Shown: positions 1 through 10,208, counted from the stretch's first letter. The stretch is 64,000 bases of DNA from Acidobacteriota bacterium (GCA_019244185.1 JAFATB010000020.1:32001-96000); one strand, 5' to 3'. The notes: generated from the sequence alone by a model not told the origin. Numbers and translations: made by a program.

Positions 1-3000
1 GGATGGAGAGGATGTTGTCCGCGATGACCGATTCCGATTCGACGAAGCGCTGATCCGCGCGCGCGTCGGCGGACATCACGGACTGCCCCGTCTGGATCAC
101 TTCCTTGACGATCGACTGCGGCGAACGGCGCGCGTCGCCTTCCACCGATTCGCGGATGTTGCGCGCGACCCGCGTGCGTAGCGCGCCGGTCAGCGGATCG
201 AGCAGGATGAGCATGCCGCGTTCCGCACGCAGGCGGCGGATGCAGACGTCGAGCACGCGATTGAGCACTTCCTCGAGGTCGAGCGTGGAGTTGATGATCT
301 TTACGATTTCGTACAAACCGACGACGCCCTGATCGGGCGCCTTGCCGGCGGGGCGGATGCGGAACAGTGCGCCGCGCGCGCGTTCGAGATCGAGCGAGGC
401 GTCGAGGCGTTCGAAGATGCGGATCGCGCTGCGGATGGTCTGCGTGGCCTCATCCGGTTCTTCTTTGAGGATGCCGATGTCGAACAGCAGCCGCGCGAGG
501 TCGTACGGCGTATCGAGCTCCTCGAACGCGACGCGCGTGGCCTCAAACTTCGCGGCCGCGGCCTCGCGGTCGCCGCTCGAGCCGTGGATCTTCGCCCACA
601 CCCAGTCGTTCTTGGCGAGCGAGTAGCGGTCGCCGAGCTGGCGGGCGTACGCCTCCGCGGTCTGCGCGTGCAACACGGCGCCGTCGACGTCGCCTTTCTG
701 CAGCACGAGCACGGCCGCGGCGGTGTGTCCGCGCGTGAGACCGTGCAGCGTGCGATTCGCCTCGAAGATCTGCATCGCGCGCGTGAGCCACTTCTCCGAC
801 TCGTCCGTGTTTCCGCGCTCGTCTTCGATCGACGCGAGCACATACGCGGCTTCCGCGATCAGATCCTCGTCGCGCGCGCGCTCGCCCGCGGCCATCGCCT
901 TCTGTCCGTATTCGAGCGCCTTGGCGATGTCGCCTCGCTTCTTCGTGATGCGCGCGAGCGGCACGTAGACCGACAGCCGCGACGCGCGCGTTTCGTCGAA
1001 GCCTTCCAGCGCGACGCAGCGGCGGTACTGCTCGAGCGCCTCGTCCCAGCGGCCGAGCATCTCCAGCGCATCACCGAGGTTCTCGCGCGCCAGCGCCTCG
1101 TGATCGACGGCGCCGATCTTCTCGTCGATGCGCGCGGCGCGCTCGAAGAACTCGGATGCCGCGTGGAAATTGCCGCGTCCGTACTCGACGACGCCCACGT
1201 TGTTGTACGCGATCACCAAATCCCACAGATCGCCTTCAGCCTCGGACATCTCGAGGTTGCGGCGGAAGTACTGCAGCGCCGTGTCGCATTCGCCGAGCTT
1301 CCACAGCGTATTGCCGAGGTTCATCGACGCGACCTTGCAGAGCTGGTCGGAATGCAGGCGCTCGCCGATCGCGATCGCTTCCTCGAGGATCTCGCGCGAG
1401 CGCTGCCAGTTGCCGCGCGCGTACTCGATGAGGCCGAGCATGTTCTTGACGTAGCCGTAGACGACGGTTGGCTGCATCGACGTCTGCGACTCGAGCATCA
1501 AGCGCGCGCGCTCGGCGGTGTCGCGCGCGGCGTCGAGGTCGTCGCGCATGCGATGCAGCCAGGCGATGCGGTTGAGCATCTCCGCGACGTCGACGGTCTG
1601 CTCGAGGCGCTCGTAGATCGTCAGCGCGGACTGGTAGTACGTCATGGCCGCGTCCTGATCGCCGCGGCGCGCGAGCACCTTGCCGATCTTCTTCATGACG
1701 CGCGCGACGTCGACGTTCGCCTCCGAATCGGGATTGCGGCTCTGGATGCTCTTGAGCAGGAACTGGAACGCGTGGATCGCGCTGCGATAGTCGTCGCGGC
1801 GGTAGTACGCGTCGGCGAGCTTCTCGCGGACTTCCGCTTTTCTCGCTTCTTCGACGCCGCCGAGGTCCATGAGTTCGAGCGCGACGCGATAGAACTCGGT
1901 CGCCTCCTCGTGCGCGAGCGTGCGCGACGCGAGATCGCCCGCGTCGATCGAATAGCGCGTGCCGCGCTCGATGTCGTTCGCGCGCGCGAAATGGTACGCA
2001 ACTTGACCGATGAACTGCGTCGACGCGTCCTGCAGCGCGGGCTCGAGGGTCTCGCCGACGCGCAGATGCAACTCCGTGCGGCGGCGCTCCGACATCGCGT
2101 TGTAGACCGCGTCGCGCAGATGGATCTGCGGGAACGTGATCGTGCGGCCGTCGCTCGACTGGTCGAGCAGATTGAGTCGCGTCAGCGCGCGCACCGACGC
2201 GTACGTCTCTTCCGGCGTCGCGTCGCTGAGCTTCGTCAGCAGCTCGAACTCCATCGTCTCGCCGACGATCGAGGCGATCTCGAGGAGCCCGCGCTGTTCC
2301 GGCGGCAGCGCGTCGACTTTCTCCATCAGCATCGATGCGAGCCCGCCCGGCACGCGCAGCTGGCGGATGCGGTCCATGTCCGCGTTCCAGCCCGCGGGCT
2401 GCCACTGCAGATAGTCGTGCGTGATGAGGTAGTCGACGATGCGGCGGATGACGAGCGGCGAACCCGCCGACTCCCACTGCATCCATCGCACGAGCTCCTC
2501 GGAGACCTGCGTCTCGCCGAGGAGCGACTGCACGTGCTCGCGGACCAGCGCTTCGGTGAGCGCCTCGACGCGGACGAGCGGGAAGTTCCCTTCACGCGCG
2601 CGCTGCTCCCAGAACGAGAGGTTCGGCGACGCCGACTCGATCGCCGCCTCGCCGCCCGCTTCGAGCGTGAGCGTGCCGATGACCAGCAGGCGGTTCTGCT
2701 TCGCCTCGCCGACGAGATACGAGAAGAGCTCGGCCGTCGACGGATCGGCCCACTGCACGTCCTCGATGACGAGGATCAGCGGCGAGCCGCCGGTCTCGCT
2801 GCCGACGGAGAGGAAGCCGTAGATGTCCTGCATCGACTGCACGATGCGGTTGAAGAGACGGAACTTCTGGCCGTGCTGCGGCGAGTTCGTGTCGGGCCCC
2901 GCGCTCGCGGCGGCGACCGGCCGCAGGATGCGTCGCAGCTCTTCCGCGACGTCGACGTCGGGATTCACTGCCATCACCATCTGCTGGAAGATCTCGAAGA

Positions 3001-4081
3001 ACGGCGCGTAGATCGTCTTGCGGTTGACGGGGCAGCGTCCGCAGAAGACGCGCGCGCCGTCCATCTGCGCGCGCAGCGTCACGTCGCGCACGATGCGGCT
3101 CTTCCCCATTCCTTCGGCGCCGGCGAGGATGACGCCGTTGCCGCGTCCGTCGCGCGCCTCGGCGATGAGCGCGCTCAGTTGCTGCACTTCGTTCTTGCGG
3201 CCGATGAGCGGCGCCGCGAACAGCTCGCCGCGCCCGACCAGCAGCTCCGCGCGCGGCACGTTCTTCCCCGCGGCGTCGGCGACCGCCTGCAGCAGCGCGG
3301 CGGCGGACGGAAAGCGATGCCGCGGATCCTTCTCGAGCAGCTTCGTGATGATCTGCTCGAGCGCGTCGGGCACGCGCGGGTTGATCGACGACGGACGACG
3401 GATCTCGTCGTCGAGATGCATGCGCATCACTTCGATCGGCGGCTTGCCGTAGCCGGGCAGCGCGCCGGTGACCGTCTCGTAGAGCGTCATGCCGAGCGCG
3501 TAGAGATCGGCGCGCGAGTCGACGCGATCCTGGCGCAGGACTTCGGGCGCCATGTACTGCAGCGTGCCGCGGATCTGACGATCGAAGACCTGGCGGCTTT
3601 CGATGGCCAGGCCGAAGTCCATGATCTTCGCCTTGCCGTCGTCGCTCACGAGGATGTTCGACGGCTTCAGGTCGAGATGGATGATGCCGAGGTGGTGGAT
3701 GTGATGCAGACCGGAGGCGATCTGCAGGATGACGTCGTAGAGCGCGTCCCAGTTCTGGCCGTCGAAGAACTCCGTGATCCGGCGGCCGGGAAAGAACTCC
3801 ATCGTGAAGTAGGGATAGCGATCCTGCAGGATGCCGAAATCGAAGACCTTAATGACGCTTGCGTGCTCGAGCGAGGCGAGCGTCGCGAACTCGGTCTTGA
3901 ACTGCAGGAGCTTTTGCGGGTCGGCGATTTCGTGGCAGAGGATCTTGATCGCTTCGTCGCGGCGGTCGGGGACGTCGAAGACGCGATACACGCTCGTCTC
4001 GGGCGTCCGCTTGAGGACCGCGCGCACTTGATACCGCGGTGGAAGAAGGATTTCCGGAACGACGGATTCGCTCGCGTTCAT
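1..4081 (-). CDS. Multidomain Ser/Thr protein kinase - AAA/STAND ATPase - TPR array - GAF domain (3' end runs off window)
   Basis: Absent from ORF track (no stop in window). Manual minus-strand translation from ATG at 4081: MNASESVVPEILLPPRYQV..., kinase motifs HLDLKPSN, DFG, GTLQYMAPE; P-loop GAEGMGKS; Walker B LVIEDVQWAD; TPR-like helices; GAF-like INSTLDLEEVLNRVLDVCIRRLRAERG. Confidence 0.9.
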   Translation of the reverse strand, partial: MNASESVVPEILLPPRYQVRAVLKRTPETSVYRVFDVPDRRDEAIKILCHEIADPQKLLQFKTEFATLASLEHASVIKVFDFGILQDRYPYFTMEFFPGRRITEFFDGQNWDALYDVILQIASGLHHIHHLGIIHLDLKPSNILVSDDGKAKIMDFGLAIESRQVFDRQIRGTLQYMAPEVLRQDRVDSRADLYALGMTLYETVTGALPGYGKPPIEVMRMHLDDEIRRPSSINPRVPDALEQIITKLLEKDPRHRFPSAAALLQAVADAAGKNVPRAELLVGRGELFAAPLIGRKNEVQQLSALIAEARDGRGNGVILAGAEGMGKSRIVRDVTLRAQMDGARVFCGRCPVNRKTIYAPFFEIFQQMVMAVNPDVDVAEELRRILRPVAAASAGPDTNSPQHGQKFRLFNRIVQSMQDIYGFLSVGSETGGSPLILVIEDVQWADPSTAELFSYLVGEAKQNRLLVIGTLTLEAGGEAAIESASPNLSFWEQRAREGNFPLVRVEALTEALVREHVQSLLGETQVSEELVRWMQWESAGSPLVIRRIVDYLITHDYLQWQPAGWNADMDRIRQLRVPGGLASMLMEKVDALPPEQRGLLEIASIVGETMEFELLTKLSDATPEETYASVRALTRLNLLDQSSDGRTITFPQIHLRDAVYNAMSERRRTELHLRVGETLEPALQDASTQFIGQVAYHFARANDIERGTRYSIDAGDLASRTLAHEEATEFYRVALELMDLGGVEEARKAEVREKLADAYYRRDDYRSAIHAFQFLLKSIQSRNPDSEANVDVARVMKKIGKVLARRGDQDAAMTYYQSALTIYERLEQTVDVAEMLNRIAWLHRMRDDLDAARDTAERARLMLESQTSMQPTVVYGYVKNMLGLIEYARGNWQRSREILEEAIAIGERLHSDQLCKVASMNLGNTLWKLGECDTALQYFRRNLEMSEAEGDLWDLVIAYNNVGVVEYGRGNFHAASEFFERAARIDEKIGAVDHEALARENLGDALEMLGRWDEALEQYRRCVALEGFDETRASRLSVYVPLARITKKRGDIAKALEYGQKAMAAGERARDEDLIAEAAYVLASIEDERGNTDESEKWLTRAMQIFEANRTLHGLTRGHTAAAVLVLQKGDVDGAVLHAQTAEAYARQLGDRYSLAKNDWVWAKIHGSSGDREAAAAKFEATRVAFEELDTPYDLARLLFDIGILKEEPDEATQTIRSAIRIFERLDASLDLERARGALFRIRPAGKAPDQGVVGLYEIVKIINSTLDLEEVLNRVLDVCIRRLRAERGMLILLDPLTGALRTRVARNIRESVEGDARRSPQSIVKEVIQTGQSVMSADARADQRFVESESVIADNILSI

Positions 4082-4193
4082 TTGTATTGGGCTCAGAATA
4101 TAACCCACGATTGCATCGTGCGGGTCAGAAATGCGGCCACGGGAACAACTCTCGCGCCTCGTGTAGAATGCGCGGCAGTCGGTCCTCTCGCAG

Positions 4194-6647
4194 ATGGTCG
4201 AGACAACACAGGCGTTCGAGGGTTTCGAGATCGTGCGCGTCCTCGGCAAGGGCGGCATGGGAACGGTCTATCTCGCCCGCGACCAGCGCCTCGGCCGCCT
4301 CGTCGCGTTGAAGGTCCTGAACGCGGGTGAGCTCGCCTACCCCGACAAGCGCGCGCGGTTCCTGCGCGAGGCTCGATCGGCGGCCGCGGTGCGGCATCAG
4401 AACGTCGCCACGATCTACGACGTCGACGAGACGCCGGAAGGTCAGCCGTTCATCGTCATGGAGTACTGCGAAGGCGAAACGCTCTCGCAGCGCATCCGCC
4501 GCCGCGCGCTCGACACCGGCGAGTTCCTCTCGATCGCGCGGCAGATCGCGGCGGGACTCGCGGCCGCGCACGAGAAAGGGATCGTCCACCGCGACATCAA
4601 GAGCGCGAACATCATCATCGAGCCGACCGGCCAGGTGAAGATCCTCGACTTCGGTCTCGCGAAGTCGACGCCGCGCGCGCTCAGCGATCCCGGACTCGAA
4701 CGGACGTTCGAGTCGACGACGGGACACTTCTTCGGCACGCTGCACTTCGTCTCGCCCGAGCAGGCGCGCGGGCTCAACGCCGACGCGCGCAGCGATCTCT
4801 TCTCGGTCGGCGTCGTCCTCTATCAGATGGCCGCGGGGCACCTGCCGTTCAATGCCGAGGCGCCGCTGATGGTGCTGGATAAAATTCGGGATGGCGAGCC
4901 GGAACCATTCGTCCCCGTCGATCCGGCCTTCCCGAGTGCCGCCACGAAAGTCATCTCGCGCCTGCTGCAGAAGAATCCGCAGGACCGCTACCAGACCGCG
5001 CACGATCTGCTCTCCGATCTCGAGGAGATCGACACGCCGACGGTGCGCATGACCACGACGACGTCGCGCTCGACGCTGCGGCGCACGAAGCGTCGTCCGC
5101 TGTGGATCCGCGCGGCGCTGACGACGGCGGCGGCGCTCATCGTCGCCATCGCGATCTTCATCGTGCAGCGCAACGGCACGGGCGTGTCCTCGGAGCCGAC
5201 GTCGACCGCGCCGCCGCCGCCGATGCGCTCGATGGCCGTGCTCCCGCTGCGGAACATCGCCAACAGCACACGTGACGAGTTCCTCTCCGTCGGCCTCGCC
5301 GACGCGCTCGTGACGAAGCTCCAGCAGATCCCGTCGCTGCAGGTGCGGCCGACGTCCGCGGTGCTCGAGTATCAGGGCGCGAAGATCGACGCGAAGGAAG
5401 CGAGCGACAAGCTGAAAGTCGACGGCGTGCTCGAAGGCAACTTCCTCGCCGCGGGTGACCTCGTGCGCGTGACGCTGCAACTCACCGACTCGCGCACCGG
5501 CTTCTCGGTCTGGTCGGACTCGATCGACGGCCGCCGCGACAACCTCCTCAAACTGATCGACGAGGTGTCGACGCGCACGGTCACGGGCCTCAATCAGAAG
5601 ATGGGCGTGCAGGAAGCGGAGGATCGCGGCACGGAGGCGCGCTCGGCGAATCCGGCGGCGTACGAGGAGTATCTGCGCGCGCGTGCGCTCAACGGCAGCT
5701 TCGTGCCGCAACACTATCAGCAGCAGATCGCGGCGCTGAAGAAGGCGATCGCGCTCGATCCTTCCTTCGCCGCCGCCTATGCCGATCTTGCCACCACCCT
5801 CTCCCTCGGGCAGGCGCGCAGTCTCGCGTCGGCAGCCGACGTCACGAACGCGGAGTGGTACGCGCGGCAGGCGGTGCGACTCGATCCGAATCTCCCCGCC
5901 GCGCATCTCGCGCTGGGACGCGTGTTCGTGCGCGATCCGCATCGCTTCCGCGAGTCGGTGCGCGAGGCGCTCGCGGGACTGCGGCTGCACGGCGGCGACA
6001 CGCAGGCGCTGCACAGCGTCGTGACGTACTTCATCTCGACCGGAGATCTGCAGAAGGCCGAATGCGTCGGCGCGAAGCTCGTGCAGGCCGATCCGATGTC
6101 GAACGAGGCGCGCACGCGCGGCTACTGGTATGTCAACGCCGTCGATCCCGAGGGCGCGCTGCAGAACGCGCAGTACGCGCTGGCGACGAAAGACACCGCG
6201 CTGGCGGGACATGACATCCGCGGCATGGCGTTCCTCATGCGCGGCGATCTCGTCTCCGCGGACAAGGAAGCGAACGAGGCGTTGCGTCTCGTCCCCTCGC
6301 ACTACCTCGGCAAGAGCCTGAAGGCGATGATCGCGGCGGCGCAGGGCGATCGTCCGCGCGCGGAAACGTACATCAAGAGCTTCGAGGCCGACGCGGAACG
6401 CACGCACTGGGCCGCGCTGCGCATCGCGCTCTGCTACGCGAAGCTCGGCGACAACGCGCAGGCGCTGGTCTGGCTGCAGCGCACCGCCGACGGCGGCAAT
6501 CACAGCTGGTACGCGCTCGTGCGCCATCCGTGGCTGCAGCCGCTGCAAAGCACGCCCGAGTTCCAGAAGATCATCACCGGTATTAAGGCGGATCTCGATG
6601 ACGTGCGCGACGACGTCGTCGGCGTCTATCAGCTGATCTGCAAGTGA
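4194..6647 (+). CDS. Ser/Thr protein kinase with TM segment, TolB-N-like domain and TPRs
   Basis: GKGGMGTVY, VALK, HRDIKSAN, DFGLAK, SPEQ motifs; hydrophobic segment; SMAVLPLRN..FLSVGLADAL; AYEEYLRA TPR region. Confidence 0.92.
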   Translation: MVETTQAFEGFEIVRVLGKGGMGTVYLARDQRLGRLVALKVLNAGELAYPDKRARFLREARSAAAVRHQNVATIYDVDETPEGQPFIVMEYCEGETLSQRIRRRALDTGEFLSIARQIAAGLAAAHEKGIVHRDIKSANIIIEPTGQVKILDFGLAKSTPRALSDPGLERTFESTTGHFFGTLHFVSPEQARGLNADARSDLFSVGVVLYQMAAGHLPFNAEAPLMVLDKIRDGEPEPFVPVDPAFPSAATKVISRLLQKNPQDRYQTAHDLLSDLEEIDTPTVRMTTTTSRSTLRRTKRRPLWIRAALTTAAALIVAIAIFIVQRNGTGVSSEPTSTAPPPPMRSMAVLPLRNIANSTRDEFLSVGLADALVTKLQQIPSLQVRPTSAVLEYQGAKIDAKEASDKLKVDGVLEGNFLAAGDLVRVTLQLTDSRTGFSVWSDSIDGRRDNLLKLIDEVSTRTVTGLNQKMGVQEAEDRGTEARSANPAAYEEYLRARALNGSFVPQHYQQQIAALKKAIALDPSFAAAYADLATTLSLGQARSLASAADVTNAEWYARQAVRLDPNLPAAHLALGRVFVRDPHRFRESVREALAGLRLHGGDTQALHSVVTYFISTGDLQKAECVGAKLVQADPMSNEARTRGYWYVNAVDPEGALQNAQYALATKDTALAGHDIRGMAFLMRGDLVSADKEANEALRLVPSHYLGKSLKAMIAAAQGDRPRAETYIKSFEADAERTHWAALRIALCYAKLGDNAQALVWLQRTADGGNHSWYALVRHPWLQPLQSTPEFQKIITGIKADLDDVRDDVVGVYQLICK

Positions 6648-7123
6648 ACGCGATGCTCGCGCTTCTCTTCACGCTGCTCGCGACCGCCGCGCGCGCCGAC
6701 GAGTTCCGCGCGCATCCAGCCGAGGCGCGGCTCACGCGGCGCGCGGTAGCGCCGGATGTCTCGTCGGGACGCGCGCATCGGTATCGCACGGTGTTGCGCG
6801 AGGAAGCGCGTGAAGGCGCGAACTTCAACGGGCATTACCGCGTCGCGTCGTGGGGCTGCGGCACGAACTGCATCGAGTGGGCGATTCTCGATCTGAAGAC
6901 CGGACGCGTGTGGCTCGCGCCGAAGCCGGCGGAGTCGTGCTGGGCGCCGGACGGCGACGAGGGCGCGGGACGCGACTGGTTCACGTTCCGGCTGTGGAGC
7001 AGCCTGCTCTACCTGCACACGTGCGATCCGTCGACCGACGGCAGGAAGACGTTCACCACGCGCAGCGTGTACGTCTGGACGCGCGGGACGTTGCAGCTGT
7101 TGCGCACGGAAGCGCTGCCGTAG
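6644..7123 (+). CDS. Secreted hypothetical protein (ANFNGHY...WGCGTNC motif)
   Basis: GTGA overlap with kinase stop; signal peptide; protein-like composition. Confidence 0.7.
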   Translation: MNAMLALLFTLLATAARADEFRAHPAEARLTRRAVAPDVSSGRAHRYRTVLREEAREGANFNGHYRVASWGCGTNCIEWAILDLKTGRVWLAPKPAESCWAPDGDEGAGRDWFTFRLWSSLLYLHTCDPSTDGRKTFTTRSVYVWTRGTLQLLRTEALP

Positions 7124-7129
7124 CGCGCG

Positions 7130-7606
7130 TCAGAAGTCCGACGGCGAAGCCTGGTTCCACATCTCGCGCGCGATCGTCCAGCGGCCGTCCGACTGGCGAT
7201 GCAGCACGAGGAGCATCTTCCCCCAGCCGTCGAACGTCTTGCCGTCGCCGAGCTTCACGACCTGATGTTCGCTGCACCACTCCGACGCCCACGGTCCGGA
7301 GACTTCGATCGCGTGACAGCGCATGTCGAACGACTCCATGTGCGCTCCGGCGAGCTGCTTCATCACGCCGTCGAGAAACGCGCCGATCGCCTTCTTCCCA
7401 ACGATCGGCGGCGTCGATGGCAGGAGGCTCACGCCGTCATCCGCCCACAACGCGAGCGTAGCCGCGTTGTCCATGTGCCGCGTGGCCGCGGCGAAGGCAT
7501 CGTTGAACTGCTCGATCTCGTGTTGCGGCGTCGCCGCGGAAACGCGCGGCACGACGAGCGCACTGAACGCGACGAAGAATACGAGCGCGAGACGGCGATT
7601 CTGCAT
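7130..7606 (-). CDS. Secreted NTF2/SnoaL-like (DUF4440-type) protein
   Basis: Signal peptide; LALWADDGVSLLPSTPPIVGKKAI; GKMLLVLHRQSDGRWTIAREMWN. Confidence 0.8.
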   Translation of the reverse strand: MQNRRLALVFFVAFSALVVPRVSAATPQHEIEQFNDAFAAATRHMDNAATLALWADDGVSLLPSTPPIVGKKAIGAFLDGVMKQLAGAHMESFDMRCHAIEVSGPWASEWCSEHQVVKLGDGKTFDGWGKMLLVLHRQSDGRWTIAREMWNQASPSDF

Positions 7607-7657
7607 CGCCGCACGATACGACGATCGCCGCGGTGCGGCGCGCGCGCCACGGAATGT

Positions 7658-8644
7658 TTACTCCGTCGCGTCGAACATCCGCTGCAGCGCGCGCTCGGCG
7701 GGGACGCGCACGTCTTCGGGCACATCGATCTCGTAGCGCATGTAGAGCAGCGAGTCGCGCACGTCCTCGAGCGTCGTCACTTTCATGAACGCGCAGAGCT
7801 TGCAGCCTTTGAGGAACGTCTTGTCCGGCACTTCCATGGCCAGGCGGTCGGAGAGGCCGCATTCGGTGACGACGAGGAAGCGCGAGGCGGGGCGTTCCTT
7901 CGCGTAGCGCACCATGCCCGACGTCGACAGCACGGCGTCGGCGAGCTTGGCGACGTCGGGGCGGCATTCGGGATGGACGAGGATCTCCAGCTCCGGATCG
8001 GTGGCGCGGATCTTCGCGATCTCTTCCGGCGTGATCTGCTGGTGCACGTAGCAAAAGCCTTCCCACGGGATGATGTTCTTGTCCGGCACCTGATCGGCGA
8101 CGTGCCGCGCGAGGTTGCGGTCGGGCACGAAGAGGATGTTGCGGCTGTCGAGCGAGCGCACGACTTTCGCCGCGTTGGCGGACGTGACGATGATGTCGGA
8201 GAGCGCCTTCACCGCGGCGGTCGTGTTGACGTAGCTGACGACGGCGAGGTCGTCGTATTGCTTTTTCAGTTCGTCGATCTTCGCCGCGAGATCTTCGGCC
8301 GGCGCGGAGTCGGCGAGCTGGCAGCCGGCCATGAGGTTCGGCAGCAGCACGGTCTTCGACGGATTGACGATCTTCGCCGTCTCGGCCATGAAGTTGACGC
8401 CGCAGAATTCGATGACGTCGGCGTCGCGGACTTTCTGCGCCATGAGCGCGAGCTCGAGCGAGTCGCCGACGAAATCGGCCACCTTCAGAATCTCGGGACG
8501 GTAGTAGTTGTGCGCGACGATGACCGCGTTGCGCTGCTTCTTGAGCGCGCGGATCTCCTCGTGCAGCGCCTCGAACTCCCGCACTTCTTCTTCGCTGTAT
8601 TCGTACGTCGAGACGCGGCTCAATTCTTCGTAAAGCGTGGACAT
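7658..8644 (-). CDS. nadA: Quinolinate synthase A
   Basis: IVAHNYY, GDSLEL, FCGVNFMAETAKI, AGCQLAD, YVNTTAAVKA, HPEC, STSGM; GGGGAG RBS before ATG at 8644. Confidence 0.95.
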   Translation of the reverse strand: MSTLYEELSRVSTYEYSEEEVREFEALHEEIRALKKQRNAVIVAHNYYRPEILKVADFVGDSLELALMAQKVRDADVIEFCGVNFMAETAKIVNPSKTVLLPNLMAGCQLADSAPAEDLAAKIDELKKQYDDLAVVSYVNTTAAVKALSDIIVTSANAAKVVRSLDSRNILFVPDRNLARHVADQVPDKNIIPWEGFCYVHQQITPEEIAKIRATDPELEILVHPECRPDVAKLADAVLSTSGMVRYAKERPASRFLVVTECGLSDRLAMEVPDKTFLKGCKLCAFMKVTTLEDVRDSLLYMRYEIDVPEDVRVPAERALQRMFDATE

Positions 8645-8645
8645 G

Positions 8646-8948
8646 TCACTCCCCATTTAGCGAATTCGAGGCCATCAACACCACCGTCGAGCCCCACCCG
8701 CCGCCCGACGGATCGGCGTCGTGAAAATCGAGCACGAAGTCGAGCGAGCGAAGCAGCGCGCGGATGTTTTCGCGCTGCACGCCGATCCCTCGGCCGTGGA
8801 TCAGACGCACCTGCGTGAAGCCGCGCGCGTGCGCTTCGCGGAGGTATTCGCGCGTGACGTCGCGCACTTCCGCGGCACGAAACGGGTGGAGATCGAGCGT
8901 GTCGGTGACCGGAATCTCGACCGGCTGCTCCTCATCCACGGCGCTCAT
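8646..8948 (-). CDS. Stand-alone Smr (small MutS-related) domain protein
   Basis: LDLHPF, VRLIHGRGIGVQR, GGGWGSTVV. Confidence 0.88.
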   Translation of the reverse strand: MSAVDEEQPVEIPVTDTLDLHPFRAAEVRDVTREYLREAHARGFTQVRLIHGRGIGVQRENIRALLRSLDFVLDFHDADPSGGGWGSTVVLMASNSLNGE

Positions 8949-8973
8949 TCTATGTGCGATACTTTCCCGCCTC

Positions 8974-10047
8974 ATGGTCCTCTTCAATCACGCCACCCGC
9001 GAGATGACGGCGAAGATCGTCTACTACGGTCCCGGCCTCTGCGGAAAGACCACGAACCTGATGGTCATCTTCGACAAGCTCGATCCCAAGTCGAAGGGAA
9101 AGATGCTGTCGCTGGCGACGAAGACCGACCGCACGCTGTTCTTCGATCTCCTTCCCGTCGACATCGGCAAAGTCGGCCCGTTCAATCTGAAGATCCAGCT
9201 CTACACGGTGCCCGGCCAGGTCTTCTACAACGAGACGCGCAAGCTCGTGCTCAAAGGCGCCGACTCGGTGGTCTTCGTCGCGGACTCGCAACCGGCGATG
9301 GTCGAGGCGAACCGGGAGAGCTTCGCGAACCTGCTCGAGAATCTCGACGAGAATCAGATCGATCCGAACGACACGCCGATCGTGATCCAGTTCAACAAGC
9401 GCGATCTCCCCGGTGTTCTGCCGGTCGAAAAACTTCAGGAAACGCTCGGCCTCGACGGCTATCCCTACACCGAGGCCGCCGCGATCAAAGGCGACGGCGT
9501 GATGGAGACGTTCAAGCTCGTCTCGAAGATCACCGCGAAGCATCTCTTCACCCGACTCAAGGGCGCCTCCTCGTCAGGCCCTGTCAAGAAAATGACACCG
9601 GCCAAAGTCGCGGTGCGCCCGCAGCCGGAGCCCGAGCCGGAGCCGGAGCCGGAAGCGCAGCAAGTCTCCGAGCCGGCCGCCGAAGCACCGAATCCCTTCG
9701 CCGATGCCGTCCCCTTCCCCGAGGCCGCCGCACCCGTCGAAGCCGATTACGACCGCGCCGAGGAAGTGTCGCTCGATCAATTGCTGGCCGAGGGACGCTC
9801 GCGCCCCGCAACGCTCACGGGTGACGTCGCGACGCCGATCGTGGAGCCGCACGAGGAAGTCGAAGAACTCGGCGCCGAACACCTCGTCGCCACCGACGCC
9901 CCCGCCGTCGCCGTCCTCGACGAGGAGCCCCTCGAAGCAAGAGTCCGCGAGCTCCAACGCAAACTCGACTCCCGCGACGCGACGCTGCGCGCCGTCCTGC
10001 GCGAGCTCGACGATCTGCGCGCGCGTGTGCTCGCCGAACTGGGATGA
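8974..10047 (+). CDS. MglA-family small GTPase with acidic/Pro-rich linker and C-terminal coiled coil
   Basis: KIVYYGPGLCGKTTNL, DRTLFFDLLP, LYTVPGQVFY, FVADSQ, NKRDLP; start reassigned to ATG 8974. Confidence 0.9.
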   Translation: MVLFNHATREMTAKIVYYGPGLCGKTTNLMVIFDKLDPKSKGKMLSLATKTDRTLFFDLLPVDIGKVGPFNLKIQLYTVPGQVFYNETRKLVLKGADSVVFVADSQPAMVEANRESFANLLENLDENQIDPNDTPIVIQFNKRDLPGVLPVEKLQETLGLDGYPYTEAAAIKGDGVMETFKLVSKITAKHLFTRLKGASSSGPVKKMTPAKVAVRPQPEPEPEPEPEAQQVSEPAAEAPNPFADAVPFPEAAAPVEADYDRAEEVSLDQLLAEGRSRPATLTGDVATPIVEPHEEVEELGAEHLVATDAPAVAVLDEEPLEARVRELQRKLDSRDATLRAVLRELDDLRARVLAELG

Positions 10048-10208
10048 CCGAGGGGCCTCCGGCGGGCCGGCGCGGCCGGCGGCGCTAAGGGCTTAGCCAG
10101 TACTCACGTGCGGCTGCCATCAACGACGTTAACCGCGACCGCACGTGCGTCTAGGCTAGGCCCTTAGCGCTGCCGGCCGCGCCGGCCCGCCGGAGGCGCT
10201 CCCGGTCA
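10045..10208. repeat. Long intergenic inverted repeat (REP/MITE-like hairpin), copy 1
   Basis: gcctccggcgggccggcgcggccggcggcgctaagggcttagcc pairs with ggctaggcccttagcgctgccggccgcgccggcccgccggaggc; inner stem cacgtgcgg/ccgcacgtg; related copy at 34299-34418. Confidence 0.85.

Noticed and set aside
584-4330. 1248-aa plus-strand ORF
   Set aside because: Antisense shadow of the minus-strand kinase; R/V/A-rich with no motifs, typical of high-GC DNA
9618-9656. Short 6-bp repeat encoding PQPEPEPEPEPE
   Set aside because: Ordinary low-complexity linker inside the GTPase gene
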